A DNA stretch of 64,000 nt from NCBI GenBank assembly GCA_030324005.1, contig JARDVH010000137.1, positions 13,067,854 through 13,131,853 on the forward strand. Reading direction: 5' to 3'. Below, in pieces: positions 38,110 through 52,012 of this stretch (the first letter of the stretch is position 1; every line of letters starts with the position of its first letter). The position numbers and the translations under genes were made by a program. The notes under the pieces were generated by a model that had not been told where the DNA came from, made no database searches, and saw only the letters and a list, made by a program, of their open reading frames with translations. This stretch comes from Negaprion brevirostris (taxonomy: Eukaryota).

Positions 38110-41100
38110 NNNNNNNNNNNNNNNNNNNNNNNNNNNNNNNNNNNNNNNNNNNNNNNNNNNNNNNNNNNNNNNNNNNNNNNNNNNNNNNNNNNNNNNNNNN
38201 NNNNNNNNNNNNNNNNNNNNNNNNNNNNNNNNNNNNNNNNNNNNNNNNNNNNNNNNNNNNNNNNNNNNNNNNNNNNNNNNNNNNNNNNNNNNNNNNNNNN
38301 NNNNNNNNNNNNNNNNNNNNNNNNNNNNNNNNNNNNNNNNNNNNNNNNNNNNNNNNNNNNNNNNNNNNNNNNNNNNNNNNNNNNNNNNNNNNNNNNNNNN
38401 NNNNNNNNNNNNNNNNNNNNNNNNNNNNNNNNNNNNNNNNNNNNNNNNNNNNNNNNNNNNNNNNNNNNNNNNNNNNNNNNNNNNNNNNNNNNNNNNNNNN
38501 NNNNNNNNNNNNNNNNNNNNNNNNNNNNNNNNNNNNNNNNNNNNNNNNNNNNNNNNNNNNNNNNNNNNNNNNNNNNNNNNNNNNNNNNNNNNNNNNNNNN
38601 NNNNNNNNNNNNNNNNNNNNNNNNNNNNNNNNNNNNNNNNNNNNNNNNNNNNNNNNNNNNNNNNNNNNNNNNNNNNNNNNNNNNNNNNNNNNNNNNNNNN
38701 NNNNNNNNNNNNNNNNNNNNNNNNNNNNNNNNNTAAAAGACGTCCCTCTATACCTCTATTAGGTCTCCCCTCATTCTCCGTCTTTCCAGGGAGAACAACC
38801 CCAGTTTGACCAATCTCTCCTCATAGCCAGATCCTGCTCGATTTTAATAAAAATCTGACTTCCCACAATCCAAAACTGTTTTTTTGAAGTCCATATTTTC
38901 CATAACAAACTCAATGACCACAACACAGTCCAGTTTATCACTAAAATACTCCTCCACTGCCTACTTGAACACTTTTCCAGCTTCATTCCCCAGACTTGGA
39001 TCCAACACTGTGCCATCCCTGGTTGGACCTTCCACATATTTGATACAAAAACTCTCCTGAATTCATTTCAAGATTTAAGACTAATAAAAGGAGAAATTTC
39101 TTCACACAAAGAGTTGGAGATCTTTGGCGTACTCCGCCCTATAAGGTAATGAATGCTCAGTTGTTGGACAGAGGTCAATAGACCTTTGAATACAAATCAA
39201 ATTAAGTAAAATGAGAATGGTGAGGGAAGATGAAATTGAGGTAATATGGCAGAGCAGTCTCCAAGGGCCAAATGTTCCATACCTAGTCTTAATCCTTACG
39301 TGCTTGTATTTTTATTTATATTGATCAGATCCTGCCAGATTGCGGGTTGGAGAGTCCAAACCAAACTGGGTCAGGTGTGATCAAGGATCACGGGGGCGGG
39401 GGGGNNNNNNNNNNNNNNNNNNNNNNGTGCAGTACCACACCACATCAATGGAGCACCTAGTCAAATTTTCCATTGAATTTTTGTTTCACACTAACTTGGT
39501 GTAAATTGATACAGGCACATTCTATAAATTTCCAGTGTGGGGACAAACCCAGATTTGAGATAACATGCCTGTAGAGCATTATATTTATGGTTTAAATTCA
39601 GACAGCAACTTCTGAAAACGGCAAATCGATTTTTTTTAAACTTTATAAGGCACTACAAAACAAATTTTAAAAAGTTAAATTATATAAGGTCATTCCAATT
39701 CGTGTCAGCGCTGCAGGGTAGTCAGATGCTGCGCTTTGCTGGTCAGCATCGATGTTAAAAAGCAACCATCAAATTCCACTACGGTTACTAATAAAGATAG
39801 CAATCCCACACTTCCAATGTAAAGGGACCCACACTATGCCAAGACAAGTTTCACACATGATTGCTAATCCTGAAACGTTGAAAATCAGGGGTACACAAGA
39901 AGCAGGTGAGCAAGAAGCTCTACGTAAGTATATGTATGATGGTTTAAATTCTTGCTGAAAAAGATTTTTGCTCGTGAATATTTTATCCTGGTTAAGTTAG
40001 AGGACTTAGGGTTTATCTTTCAAACCGCATTTTAAAACTTAAAAACTTGTATATTACTTGCATCTATTTATTGCAGATGTCCAAATCTAGCTCACAGTTA
40101 TCAACATTTTCTATATCTGTGAAACTTACTCAAAATCTTGAAAATTAAAGCTCTGTATCCTGAAATTCTTAGCAATAATTTCCTATTGACCAGTTTTTAC
40201 AACTGTGAAAAGTTAGAAATAAAAACTATCACAAAAGAAACAAATTTAGCATAAGGCCCCATATGCTAAGCTTCAATTCCCTCAATGCAAATGAAACTTG
40301 ATTTAAAAGGAACACCCTGCTGCCTAAACAACTTTTTACTTGCTCAAATGCAGCTATTTATAAAGCTAAGAAACTAATTTGGCTTGAAAAGCAGTCCCTT
40401 ACAAGGTATATCTTTAATTATACAAATGCCTCGATATCGACTCCTAGGAGAATGCAAATCTTTCTATGATCAATACAGAGTTTCAAGCACAGTGATGTTC
40501 AAAAGATCAAAACTAATTTCTAACGTCTACAATATGCTTGTAAATGTCTGGGAACTAGAAATCTGTAGTTAAAAACCACAACATAATTCACTAATGGGGG
40601 CATAAACTTTCCACATGTTGTCTTTGTTACTGACAAAACCATTTTAATCAAAATTTTCATGGTGAATGTCCAAGCAGATTGTTGATTTTAGAGATTCAAC
40701 ACATTCCAAAACCATATGCTGAATTTTAAGCTGCTTATCTTGTAATAACAGAATTTGTACTATTCCGTGTAACAAAGGAATTTTTATATCAACACTGATC
40801 TTGTGCCCTGTGCACAAGTCACCACAGGAAGCCAAGCAAATGGAAATACGTGAGTTATTTCATGCTCTAAGATATATTTCAAAGAATGACTAATCACAAA
40901 GTGTGATTACACTGAAGAACATTACATATTACAAAAATGTTAGAAAATCGACAAAGGGCAAAATTTTACAAAAAAACTCAGTGCTGGATGAGCATAAAAA
41001 TGGGACAGAATTGCGCCAAATTTTGGGGGGAGGTGCAATTAAATAGTGAGGAAAGGTGGTGGGGGTGGAATTCACTACCACTGCAGTATTTTACCAGTAA

Positions 41101-41799
41101 TAGGTAGGCCCTCCACCCTATCTGGGCGGATTGCCTCCTAAACCCTGATGGCCTTTTTGCAACCCTGAGAGTAGAGTCCTACTAATCAGACACACTGTGG
41201 CCCATGGAGAAGCCCCATGGAGTGGTAGCAAGAACTGCCCTACTTCAATCCCCCCCCCACCCACCCACTTCCCCAGCACTTGCTTGACCGGCCCCACTGA
41301 CCCACAGCCTCACTCACTGGTTGGACAAATGGCATAGTTCCAGGGTTTCCTCACTGCTGATGCAGTCTCTGCAGTGTCCACTACTCCTAGAGGTGATGCT
41401 AAGATTAAATAACTGCAGACTCTCCAATTGGTCAACAGTTCCTGAGGGCACTGTCCCATTTTCTAAAGTCATGAGAGCCCAAAATGACAAGTAATTAGTT
41501 GTTGGGGAAGTGGAGAATGTAGTCTGGGGTCCCACAAAGTCCCAAGGTAGGGTTGCCTGCAGCTTTCTATGCCTGTCTTCGAGACCACTGTGGCTCAGGC
41601 AAAATTCTGCTACTGTGTGCGCTATTTGCAATTACTGAAAATGGTACATCTAAAGGAATTCCAAGTTTAGCCAACGCTAACACTTCGCACACATGGTCTT
41701 ATCACAAGTCACCATTTTACCAGGGGATCCTTTCAAAGCCTTCACACAACACAGCAGCTCTTCACTTGCTTAGATGCATACCCATATGACAAACGTTAT

Positions 41800-44215
41800 A
41801 GCAGGAACTCTCAACTGAGAAATGCAAAGTGATACACTTTGTAAGAACGCAGAAAGGAAATTTAAAATAAAATATACACTTCTAAAAAGGAGGTGCTGGA
41901 GCAGAACAACCTGGAACTGATCTTTGGTGGTAATTTGAGAAAGTGGTCAGCAAAGCTAATAGAATCCTGGATTTTATAAATAGAGGCTTAGAGTGCTAAA
42001 TCAAGAAAGCCATAATGAACCTTCAACCTTATTCAAAGTATTGGATCCAATTCTGGGAAGTGCACTTTACAAAGGATTGAAAGGAATTAAAGAAGCAGCA
42101 GAAAAGTATTACAAGAATCGTTCCAAGGATGAAGAACTTTGGTTACATTAACTGATTGGAGAAGTCATAGAGGTTTACAGCATGAAAGTAGGCCCTTCAG
42201 CCCAACTTGTCCATGCACCCTTTGTTTTTAAACCCCTAAGCTAGTCCCAACTGCCCGCATTTTGCCCATATCCCTTTATAACCATCATACCCAGGTAACT
42301 ATTAAATGCTTTTTAAAAGACAAAATTGTACCCACCTCTACTACTACCTCTGGCAGCTTATTCCAGACACTCACCACCTTCTGTGTGAAAAAATTGCCTC
42401 TTTTGTATCTCTCCCCTCTCACCTTAAACGTATGCCCTCTAGTTTTAGACTCCCCTGCCTTTGGGAAAAGGTATTGACTTTCCAGCTGATCTGTGCCCCT
42501 CATTATTTTAGACCTCTATAAGGTCACCCCTCAGCCTCTTACATGCCACAGAAAAAAGTCCCAGTCTATCCAGCCTCTCCTTATAAGTCAATCCATCAAG
42601 TCCCAGTAGCATCCCACTAAATCTTTTCAGCANNNNNNNNNNNNNNNNNNNNNNNNNNNNNNNNNNNNNNNNNNNNNNNNNNNNNNNNNNNNNNNNNNNN
42701 NNNNNNNNNNNNNNNNNNNNNNNNNNNNNNNNNNNNNNNNNNNNNNNNNNNNNNNNNNNNNNNNNNNNNNNNNNNNNNNNNNNNNNNNNNNNNNNNNNNN
42801 NNNNNNNNNNNNNNNNNNNNNNNNNNNNNNNNNNNNNNNNNNNNNNNNNNNNNNNNNNNNNNNNNNNNNNNNNNNNNNNNNNNNNNNNNNNNNNNNNNNN
42901 NNNNNNNNNNNNNNNNNNNNNNNNNNNNNNNNNNNNNNNNNNNNNNNNNNNNNNNNNNNNNNNNNNNNNNNNNNNNNNNNNNNNNNNNNNNNNNNNNNNN
43001 NNNNNNNNNNNNNAAAATGAACCACTTCACACTTATCTGGGTTGAACTCCATCTGCCACTTCTCCGCCCAGTCTTGCATCCTATCAATGTTTCGCTGCAA
43101 CTTCTGACATCCTTCCACACTATCCACAACACCTCTAATCTTTGTGTCATCAGCAAAAGAAGGGTCAAGAATTAGAGGACACTGATTGACATCAATGGGA
43201 AAAAGGTAATAAACACATTTTCCTGACTTCCAGACTGTCTGAGCACTTATTGACCACCCTTCTGCACCCCTCCCATCTTTGCTGACCCAGTGGAACTTAT
43301 ATGCCAACGACTGAGTCATCTTCATGAATGAAGCTGTTCTTCATTTTATGTAGTCACCTAATTTGTTGGAGAGGCCATGGCTGGTTCCCTACTATGTACC
43401 CTAACTCAGGTGGCAATATGTACAACCTCACCAAAATATGAACACTACTCTCAATGAGCTCTTTAATTATCATAGAATCCCTACAGCATAGAAGGCTGCC
43501 ATTTCACCCATCGAGTCTGGGCCGACCACAATTCCACCCAGCCCCTATCCTCATAATCCCACGTATTTATATTGCTAGTCCCCCTGACGCAAAAGGGCAA
43601 TTGAGCATGGCCAATCCACCTAACCTGCAAATCTTTCAACTTATAATTGAACTTATTAGTGGATCATGTAGGTTCTCAAGCCTGCCCTCCACCCATGCTA
43701 GTGAAACACATTCCAGTTTTTTTTAAAGCAGCTAACTGTTTCTGTTCCTGCCTTCAGTGGGACCAACAATCCTGCCTGTTAACTGTTTGGCTTATACTTG
43801 ATAGAATTTGGAAGGATGAGAGGGGATCTGATCAAGGTACATTAAATTTTAAGAAGGGATTGATAAAGTAAATGTAGACCAAATGTTTCCCCTTGTGGGG
43901 CAATCTTGAACAAGACGCAACAGGTATAAGTTGAAAGGCAGTAGATTTAAAACTATGAGGAGGAACTACTTCTCCCAGAGGGTGGCGAGTTTTTCGCTGC
44001 CCCTTGGAGCAGTGGAGTCTGAATCGTTGAATTGTTTCAAGAAGGAGATAGATATATTTTTAGTTCAAAAAAGGGGGACAAGGGGGTATGGGGAACAGGA
44101 GGGGAGGTGGATTTGAGACCAGGGAGATATCAACCATAATCTGATTGAATGGTGGAGTCGGCTCAAAGGGCTGAATTTGCCTACTTCTGCTCATACTTCT
44201 TACGTTCCTATGTTC
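41800..44215. mobile_element. Nested cluster: + CR1 (41800-42165), - CR1 (42165-43160), - SINE piece (43478-43640), + CR1 3' end (43800-44215)
   Basis: FADDTKIRGVVDS..WAEKWQMEFNPDKCEV; TRGHTFKVRG..FFTQKVV; RRNYFSQRV. Confidence 0.85.
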
Positions 44216-45581
44216 TCTCTCTCTTTTCTGCTGCTGACCTGCTGAATATTTCTAGAGTTTTTGGTTTTTATTGCATTGTTAAATGTCTGCACACAATTTT
44301 CCCCAAACATCTCATCATATAATAAAATGCAATCAAGTTCTAGAAAAAGGACATTTTAACCTGTTACAGATGATCCCAACCTAGTTATTCAGTAAATATT
44401 TATACATTAGTTTCCTGCTCTAAACTGCTGTTTCTTACTTCTATTTTGTCACTTCTAAAACAATTATTTTTTATGCTGTAAATCTATCAGTGTGGTATTC
44501 GTCACATTTTGGAATTGACAGGAAAACTTGGACACATTCTATGCGGTCTTCACAATTTTATTCCATAAATATAGAACAAACAGACTACAAAGCAGCCCAA
44601 TTTCCTACATCACAAAACTCAAATAGCATGTAAATGATTGAGTTTAGTAAATTTTCAATCTGGCAACATATGATCTAGGGACTTTAATACAAAATGTTGA
44701 ACGCTGTAGACCTGCCATTCCTATTCTCTAAATTACATTGCAAAATGCAGAACCCAATGTAATTATTTGTATACTAAAATGATCATAAGTGTGAAATCTT
44801 TTTATTATTTTAGTTTAGTTTTAACAATTGCCCGTAACTATATTATGAATTATGATTATAGTGAGTTTCCTATTTCTATTTGTATTATCAGCACAATTTA
44901 GCCCCCAGCACCAAGATCATTTTTCAATAAACCAATTATCTTTCACTTATCTATGGTTTCACCATAGTTCTGAGAAATATCTGTCCCATTCACTCCATGC
45001 ATAAAAATATAAGTTGATTTAGATGAGGCAATATCTATCTTTGGATGTTGCTTTTTCAATGTGAACACAAATCATAACAAATTTATTTCTTTTTCTAAGA
45101 AATGTGGAGGTATGGCCATTTAGTCCATTGATTTCTCCAGACACCATCATCTGTAATCAGCCACAGCAAATCTACAGTAATAACTTCAAAGAAATATCTG
45201 GAAAAGACTAGTTGGTCCACCAAGCCTGCCCCATGCCATGTTGGTTGGAGCATCAGGAGCATCACTCTTTTACACACAAACCCTTTTACACAAGTAAATA
45301 GGTTTCTGCTCCACTTTCAACAAAGTGTGGCAGTAAATGAGTGCCGTGCAAGGAAATTGCAGGTCAGTGAGACAGGACATTTACATTTGAAATTATAAAT
45401 GTAATTACCATATTGGGTGCTACAAATTGTAGTTCCCAAATCCACAGTGCTATTCCCCATTCCCCAACCCTGGTCAAGATGTTATGCTAACAGACCTAGC
45501 AATATTAGAAGTAGGCACTATCTTCATCCAGCACAGTGTTAGCAATATGCATGAAATAAATTATAATAAATTAATCCTTAC

Positions 45582-45646
45582 CGCTCTTCTGTGGAACCCA
45601 GGTTTTCAATCTCATGCGTAACCTCTGCTATCTCATCCTTCAGCCG
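45582..45646 (-). CDS. CYTH1: Cytohesin exon (65 nt), coiled-coil end: RLKDEIAEVTHEIENLGSTEE(R)
   Basis: ccttttgcag|CGG CTG AAG...GAA GAG CG|gtaagg; phase 0 to 2. Confidence 0.95.
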
Positions 45647-46204
45647 CTGCAAAAGGATTAGATCCAATAAATAACATCACAATATGTGAAATGAGACTGT
45701 TCACAAGTCCTGCATAAATGAAACATGGCAACTGAACATTCACAAGACAATATTCCCTCAGTTCATTGTAACAGATTTTGGTACAGCCAAAGGCCATACA
45801 GAGGAAATCTTCCCCTTGGATGTGTGGCAAGCAGCGACTACTGTTGAGAGGCGCTCCAAAGACAGCTAAGTATAACCATGTTACCAAAGCTCAATGTGAC
45901 TTAAATTTCATTATAGTCCAATGTTGTACCAGGTTTTTGCTCCAAATCAATATTAGATAATATTGCAAAGAACCAAATAAAAACTGAACCAGATAATCTT
46001 GTTATTCCTCAGATGTACAGCAGTGCTACTTTTATATTCAATCTGCTCTCTAGGGAGGTGAATCAGGTGGCAACACATTCCAGTACAAAGCACGAGTTCT
46101 CTGATACAGTCCCTGGATTCCATAATTGAGATATTGAGCTGGAAATAGTACACCCTGGATTGTAAGATATGCAATATCTGTTTGGGAACTGACAGGCAAA
46201 ATTA

Positions 46205-46850
46205 AGAATACAGTAGAAGTAGACCATTTGGCCCATGTGGCGTGCATTGCAAATCACCTAGAACATAACTTATTTTCGACTGGATTGCCATTTTCCTGCA
46301 CTATCCCCATATTCTCTTCTTATCTTTAGTATCCAGAAATCTATTGACCTCTGTCAGGAGCATACTGAATGACTCAGCTTCCACCGTCCCCTGCAGCAGA
46401 AAATTTCTAAGACTCATCACCCTGAGTGAAGAAATTCCTTCTGATCTTAGACCTAACCATTTGAGACTGTGCCCCCTGGTTCTTGAACCCCCAACCAAGG
46501 GAAGTATTCTTCCTGCATTTGCTCTACTGAACCCTCAAAGTATTTTGTAAACTTGGATGAGATCACTTCTCATTTTGCTAAATTCTAGAGAATACATGGC
46601 CAGTGTCATAGGACAATCCTGTCATTCAGGAATCAGTCTGTTGAACCTTCATGCACCTGCTTTATGCAAGTATATTCTTCATTAAATAAGAGATCAAAAC
46701 ATAACATTCCTGGTGCAATCTCACCAAGGCTCTATACAACAGCAGCAAGACTCCTTTACTCCCACATCAAATCCTCTTGCAAGAAAAACTAACATACTAT
46801 TTGCCTTCCTAATTGTTTGTTGCACCTGCATGTTAACTTTCATTGAACCC
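46205..46850 (-). mobile_element. Decayed CR1 3' portion
   Basis: ORF 46301..46498 (SRTRGHSLK) plus tail. Confidence 0.8.
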
Positions 46851-47208
46851 AAGAAAATATATCATAGGATATATTTTTAACACTTCATAGCCAATTAAGG
46901 TCACTTTCAATGTTAACTGAAGCAGAAACCAGAGTGAGAAGATTGGATGCCTGTTATACACCTGTTTAACTTTCCTATCAATTAACTTCGACAGAAAGGA
47001 AAATCAAGTGGGTAGTCCTAGTTGAATTTTACCCCATATGTCTAGTCCAATCTTGGTGGCTAAAGTTCAAAGTCATTTTGCAAACTACTGATTAAACGTG
47101 TAAAGAATTGGTCATGGTTTTTTGCCTCCCTTATTCAAGAAGTAAATCCTCACAATTGCCATAGATTAAATATTTTGACAGATAGGGCAAACACAAAACA
47201 CGATAAGG

Positions 47209-48660
47209 TGTCATATTGTGTATTTTGAACCAACTCGATGCAAATTTATTTACAAAGTGTTGCCAGATTGAAGTCCAATGTGGAAGTGAGAGAAAATCGC
47301 AAATGCCTTTGCTGACATTACAGCACATCATGTGACTAAACAAAGTTGCATTGCTTTACAATACATAAAATCCCTCCCCCTTCACTTCAGTAATACAACA
47401 AACTTTTAAACATTGATAATTACTCATTATGAATATCAGTTTTATTACTGGTATTTTCTACATACGTACAATTAATACAAGAGTCTTTTTGGTGGATGTT
47501 AATTTTGCTTTGCCATACAGGTACTGGTGTAATTGATTAACGCCAAAACTTTATGCTTAGTGCTTCTTTCTCAAGCTGACCATCATGTGTTCCATGCTGG
47601 ATAATGTTTGGAATGTGAATGCTATTGGCTGTTCCTCCCAGTTGCCATAATGTGAGATACAACAGCACCCACCCCATAGGACGACACATCACATTCTAGT
47701 CGAATTTTTNNNNNNNNNNNNNNNNNNATACCTTGGTTGCTTGGGCATGCCTTTAACTCCTTTGTACGTACGTCATACTCCTTCTTCCAATTCCATTGTT
47801 GGTTAGCACACAATAAAGTATGAAGTGGTTTTAGTAGTGTTGCAAGGTTTAGAATGAGCTTCCCATGATAATCAATTATGCCTAAAAGATCACAACTGTG
47901 ACACGTTTTGTGGTCTTGGTGTAACTAGGATCCTTGTCATTGTGTTAGGTTCTTTATGGTTGCCATCCTCGCCTATTATGTGACCTAGATAACTGATAGG
48001 TGATTCAAAAATTCACATCTTTCTTTCTTCATATGGCAGTTGTACTTCTCTAGATGCTCCAACATTTCCTCTAAGCTGTGGAAATGTTCCTGTTCAGTTC
48101 TGCTTGTGATTAGAACATTGTCCAAACGACACTGGACATCATTCAAGTTACTTAATTTTTGGTCTATTGATTTCTGAAATATGGCTGATGCCAACGTTAT
48201 TCCAAACAGTAGGCACTTATATCGGAACAATCCGTTATGGGTAACAATAGTTAACAGTGGTTGTGAATCAGTTGTCACTCTCATCTAGAGATATGCTTGG
48301 GACAAGTCTACCTTGCTGAACTGCTTACCAGTAGCATGTTCTTGCTATCAATTAATTATTAATTGCTTCCCAGTTTAGCTTGATTTTGTGTGACCGCGCT
48401 CTTCCAAAGAGTGTAGGAAAATTTCCCTTCACTAAGTGCAGAGGCAAATCTGCTAATTGACCATTAGCTTCTGCTTGGACCATAATGTACCCCTCCTCGG
48501 TATAATTTTGCAGGATTACATTTGAAGGTTTTAGTGGTAAGTGTTTTAGTTTTAGATTGTATATGATTTCTGTGAGAAGTAGTAATACAGCAGCTCCTAT
48601 ATTTACTTCCATTTTTAATTCTCGTCCATCTGACTTGGGTAAACCCAGATCTTAGTTTAA
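47209..48660 (-). mobile_element. Ty3/Gypsy LTR retrotransposon remnant (protease-RT-RNaseH, polypurine tract, short 3' LTR)
   Basis: MEVNIGAAV (degenerate DTGA), THNGLFRYKCLLFGI..AIFQ..LDNVLI (RT), LECDVSSYGVGAVVSH (RNaseH); gaagggggaggga tract at 47371-47383 followed by a segment with AATAAA ending ..gaca at 47209. Confidence 0.85.
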
Positions 48661-50466
48661 GTTCTTGGATCCTCCCTAGTCGTGTATCATCTTGGAAATT
48701 TACATACTCAGATATCTTGCAGAGCCCTGATGAATGGTCATCCTGATTCCAAACGATGGTCCTATTCTCTCTCCACAGGTGCTGTCAGACCTGCTGAGAT
48801 GTTCCAGCATTTTCTGTTTCAGATTCCAGCATCAGCAATATTTTACCTTTATCTTATTAAAAATATTGGCTTGTTTTTAAAGTCATTAGAGTTTGTTGAT
48901 GTTTCAGTATTGTTAGCATTCTCTTGGGTAACAGCAATCTAAAAGGCACACTTAGTCGACTCTTAACACAAAAAGTGCTGGACACTATGCATCCAGCACA
49001 AGGTCTTTAATTACTTGTGCACAAGGAGAACTCTCAATGGCCAACACCAGATGACCGGAGCAGTTCTGAGGTTACAGAGAAACAAATCAGCAGTTATAGC
49101 TAATTTATAGCAGATCAGAAACAAGAGATTTTTCACATCTTTCATTGACATTGTGTGCTGGAGCAGACGAGTGAAGGTGCAGAGAGACAGATAAGAAATT
49201 ACCTGTTAAAAACCTGTTTAAATAAGTTTAAAGCACTTTCGTAGTTAGAACTTACCTTGTAGAACTGTTTAAATCATTTAAAAGCATTTTTGCGGGCTTT
49301 TTGTATCTACCACTTTAAGAATTNNNNNNNNNNNNNNNNNNNNNNNNNNNNNNNNNNNNNNNNNNNNNNNNNNNNNNNNNNNNNNNNNNNNNNNNNNNNN
49401 NNNNNNNNNNNNNNNNNNNNNNNGAATGGCGGGGCAGGCTCGAAGGGCTGGATGGCCTACTCCTGCTCCTATTTCTTATGTTCTTATGTTCTTATGTACA
49501 TACATATTTGCCAACTGAATGCCGGCCTTTTGCCCTTTCTCATTCGATAAAAAATTGACTTATGCTGATCCTTCATTTGCATAGCATATCCTCATATTTT
49601 GCCTTTCATATTTGTTATCAACAAAATCTGGTTTTGTTCACACTCTAACAAAGGCCAAGAAAGGAAAATGTTATAGGGGCTTGTGAAAAAATAGCACAGA
49701 CTGACTCCTTTTGAAGGTCAGTAAGCTGATAAACATTCTCCGCTACTGTACAGAGAAAGCCTGATTTTTTTTTAATTTGAACACTAACTTCTGTACAATT
49801 TAACTTCCAAACTATGAAACCTCAATCTGAACTTTAATTTCCACAGTATCATTTCTATTTAAAATCAGACTTTAGTACAGTCCAAAAATTGATTTAAATA
49901 TTGATAATCAGTAGATTTAGGATTTCAGAAACTCTGAACTATTAAACGCTGTTATTCAAAATTAATTCATTTGAAAACCTAGTGCTACAATTTCAGAAAA
50001 GACAAATGAAAACAGTTACACCTTCATCACAGTTGGTGGTAAGTATGAAAATACACACAAACAAAAATCAAACTACAAAGTAATTCAGACATTGCTGTTT
50101 GTAGTGTTAATCCCTGATATTTTTGTATATTTTGTATATAATACCTTTAACAGAAAATAAATTAAACTCACAATGCTACAAGAATCCTAACCCAACCTGC
50201 GCAAATTGATTAAAGAACTAGGTCTGTGTGTGTCATTGTTATCATATACAAGAAGAAATAATACATTCTAAATATGCATATGGAAAAAAAAATAAGGATC
50301 TTGGGATAGAAAATAAAATCTCTAATTCCTTCCTCCATAACTGCAACAAGACTTGTAGGCCAATCTACCTTTCTTTGGAGTACAAGCATTCATTTTCTAC
50401 AATTACAAAATGTAATGTTTTATGTCATACAATTATAATTTTAAAATAGTTAGATTGGTTGTTATA

Positions 50467-50509
50467 CAATAGACAATATATTTTTGCAATAGACAATATA
50501 TTTTTGCAA
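50467..50509. repeat. Perfect 20-bp tandem duplication (caatagacaatatatttttg x2)
   Basis: Direct inspection. Confidence 0.9.
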
Positions 50510-50649
50510 GAAAACAGCTACTTTTCTGTGCCACTTGATTGGATTTCCGAAATATTTCAAAGTGTTTCACGTTTATTGTGCTACTTATTGTGCAACAAAT
50601 CTTGACTAATTACCATAAAATGCAAGATGAGTTCTATTTCATACAGAAA

Positions 50650-51140
50650 GAACATACTTACATTTATTTAGTACTTACGAGGCCTCAGAATATCTGAAGG
50701 ACTTCATAGCCAAATAAACACATTAAAGATGCCGTCAGACATAATGAGATTTTTCAGCATTTTCTCTTTTAGTTCAGCACTTCAAAGCATTGTAATGTGG
50801 GGAATCACAGCATCCAATTTGTGCAGATCAAGATCTCTCAAGCAGCAATGTGTTAATGACCAGATAATACATCTGAGACACATCAGTTGAGGGATAATTA
50901 CCAGCACACCAGCAAAATTCCCCTGTTCTGCTTCAAATAATGGCAATAAATCTTTCATAACCATCTGAGAGTTGGATGCGATCTTGATTTAACATCTCAT
51001 CTGAAAGACGGAAATTCCAGCAGTGCAACATTTCCTCAATGGTGCACTTAAGTATTTCTCTAGATAATCGTTCAAGTATATAACGTGTCATGAACACATG
51101 ACCCTCTAATTCAAAAGGCATGAGTGTTAACACTACAAAA
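50650..51140 (-). mobile_element. Old Deu-type SINE
   Basis: tttaacatctcatctgaaagacgg..cagcagtgcaaca matches the reverse complement of the Deu-like core. Confidence 0.65.
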
Positions 51141-51739
51141 AGATCCATACCAAATAATACAAAAAAAAACAAGTCAATTAAATAAATAAACCGTTTACAC
51201 ATTTAACATAACTTTCAATTCATGGGTTCAGTGCGTTTATCCACGAGCTAATCTTTGGAGTTGCACACTCATTTGCTCTGATTAAAGTGCAACTCAAAAC
51301 ACCTTAATTAGTTGATTTGTAAATGAAGAGGATGCTCCAAGGGAATTCCCGTTGGCTGATGTCACCAAAGTGTGTCTGGTTCACTATTTCATTAAGCAAA
51401 TCCACTTTGTTTGCAAAACCAGTATTACCAAAGCATTTGGTTAACTGAATGTAGGTGCAACAGAATGCTACTTTGCAGAGACTCCAACTGTATGCACTTT
51501 TATCATCAGACCCATGGTGCTCGGGGAAAGTTGTCTTTTTTAATTAGGAGCACACTCTATATTACATCATTCAAAATATTTTGAATTGTTATGGAAAATA
51601 TCATTGTCCATAGCAACACCTGTACACAACACACCTAAGATAAAACTAGGAATGGCAACTTACAAGATCATTCCATTCCTCATATGATTAGGATTCTCCT
51701 TCACAACCAAATACTTTTCACCATTTCTAAACAGAAGAG

Positions 51740-52012
51740 GGGTGGTACAGTGGCTTGCACTCACAGCACCAGGGACCCAGGTTCGATTCCCAGCTTGGGT
51801 CGCTATCTGTGTGGTGAAGTTTGCATGTTCTCCCCATGTCTGCATGAGTTTTCTCTGGATGCTCCGGTTTCCTCCTACAGTCTGAAAGACGTGTTGGTTA
51901 GGTGCATTGACCCGAACAGATGCTGGAGTGTGGTGGCTAGGGAAATTTCACAGTAACTTCATTGCAGTGCTAATGTGAGCCTTACTTGTGACCAATAAAT
52001 AAAACTAATTTA
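51740..52012 (+). mobile_element. tRNA-derived SINE
   Basis: cacagcaccagggacccaggttcgattccc head; aataaataaaact tail; same family as 21035-21340. Confidence 0.88.

Larger units (their letters stand above)
5497..45646 (-). other. CYTH1: Partial cytohesin-1 gene (Arf GEF: coiled-coil/Sec7/PH); span of visible coding exons, first and last exons not seen
   Basis: Nine exons with canonical splice sites join in frame into a cytohesin. The motifs [28 protein letters not shown] and EVEDSKKP are characteristic of CYTH1 rather than CYTH2/3/4 as I recall them. Confidence 0.93.
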
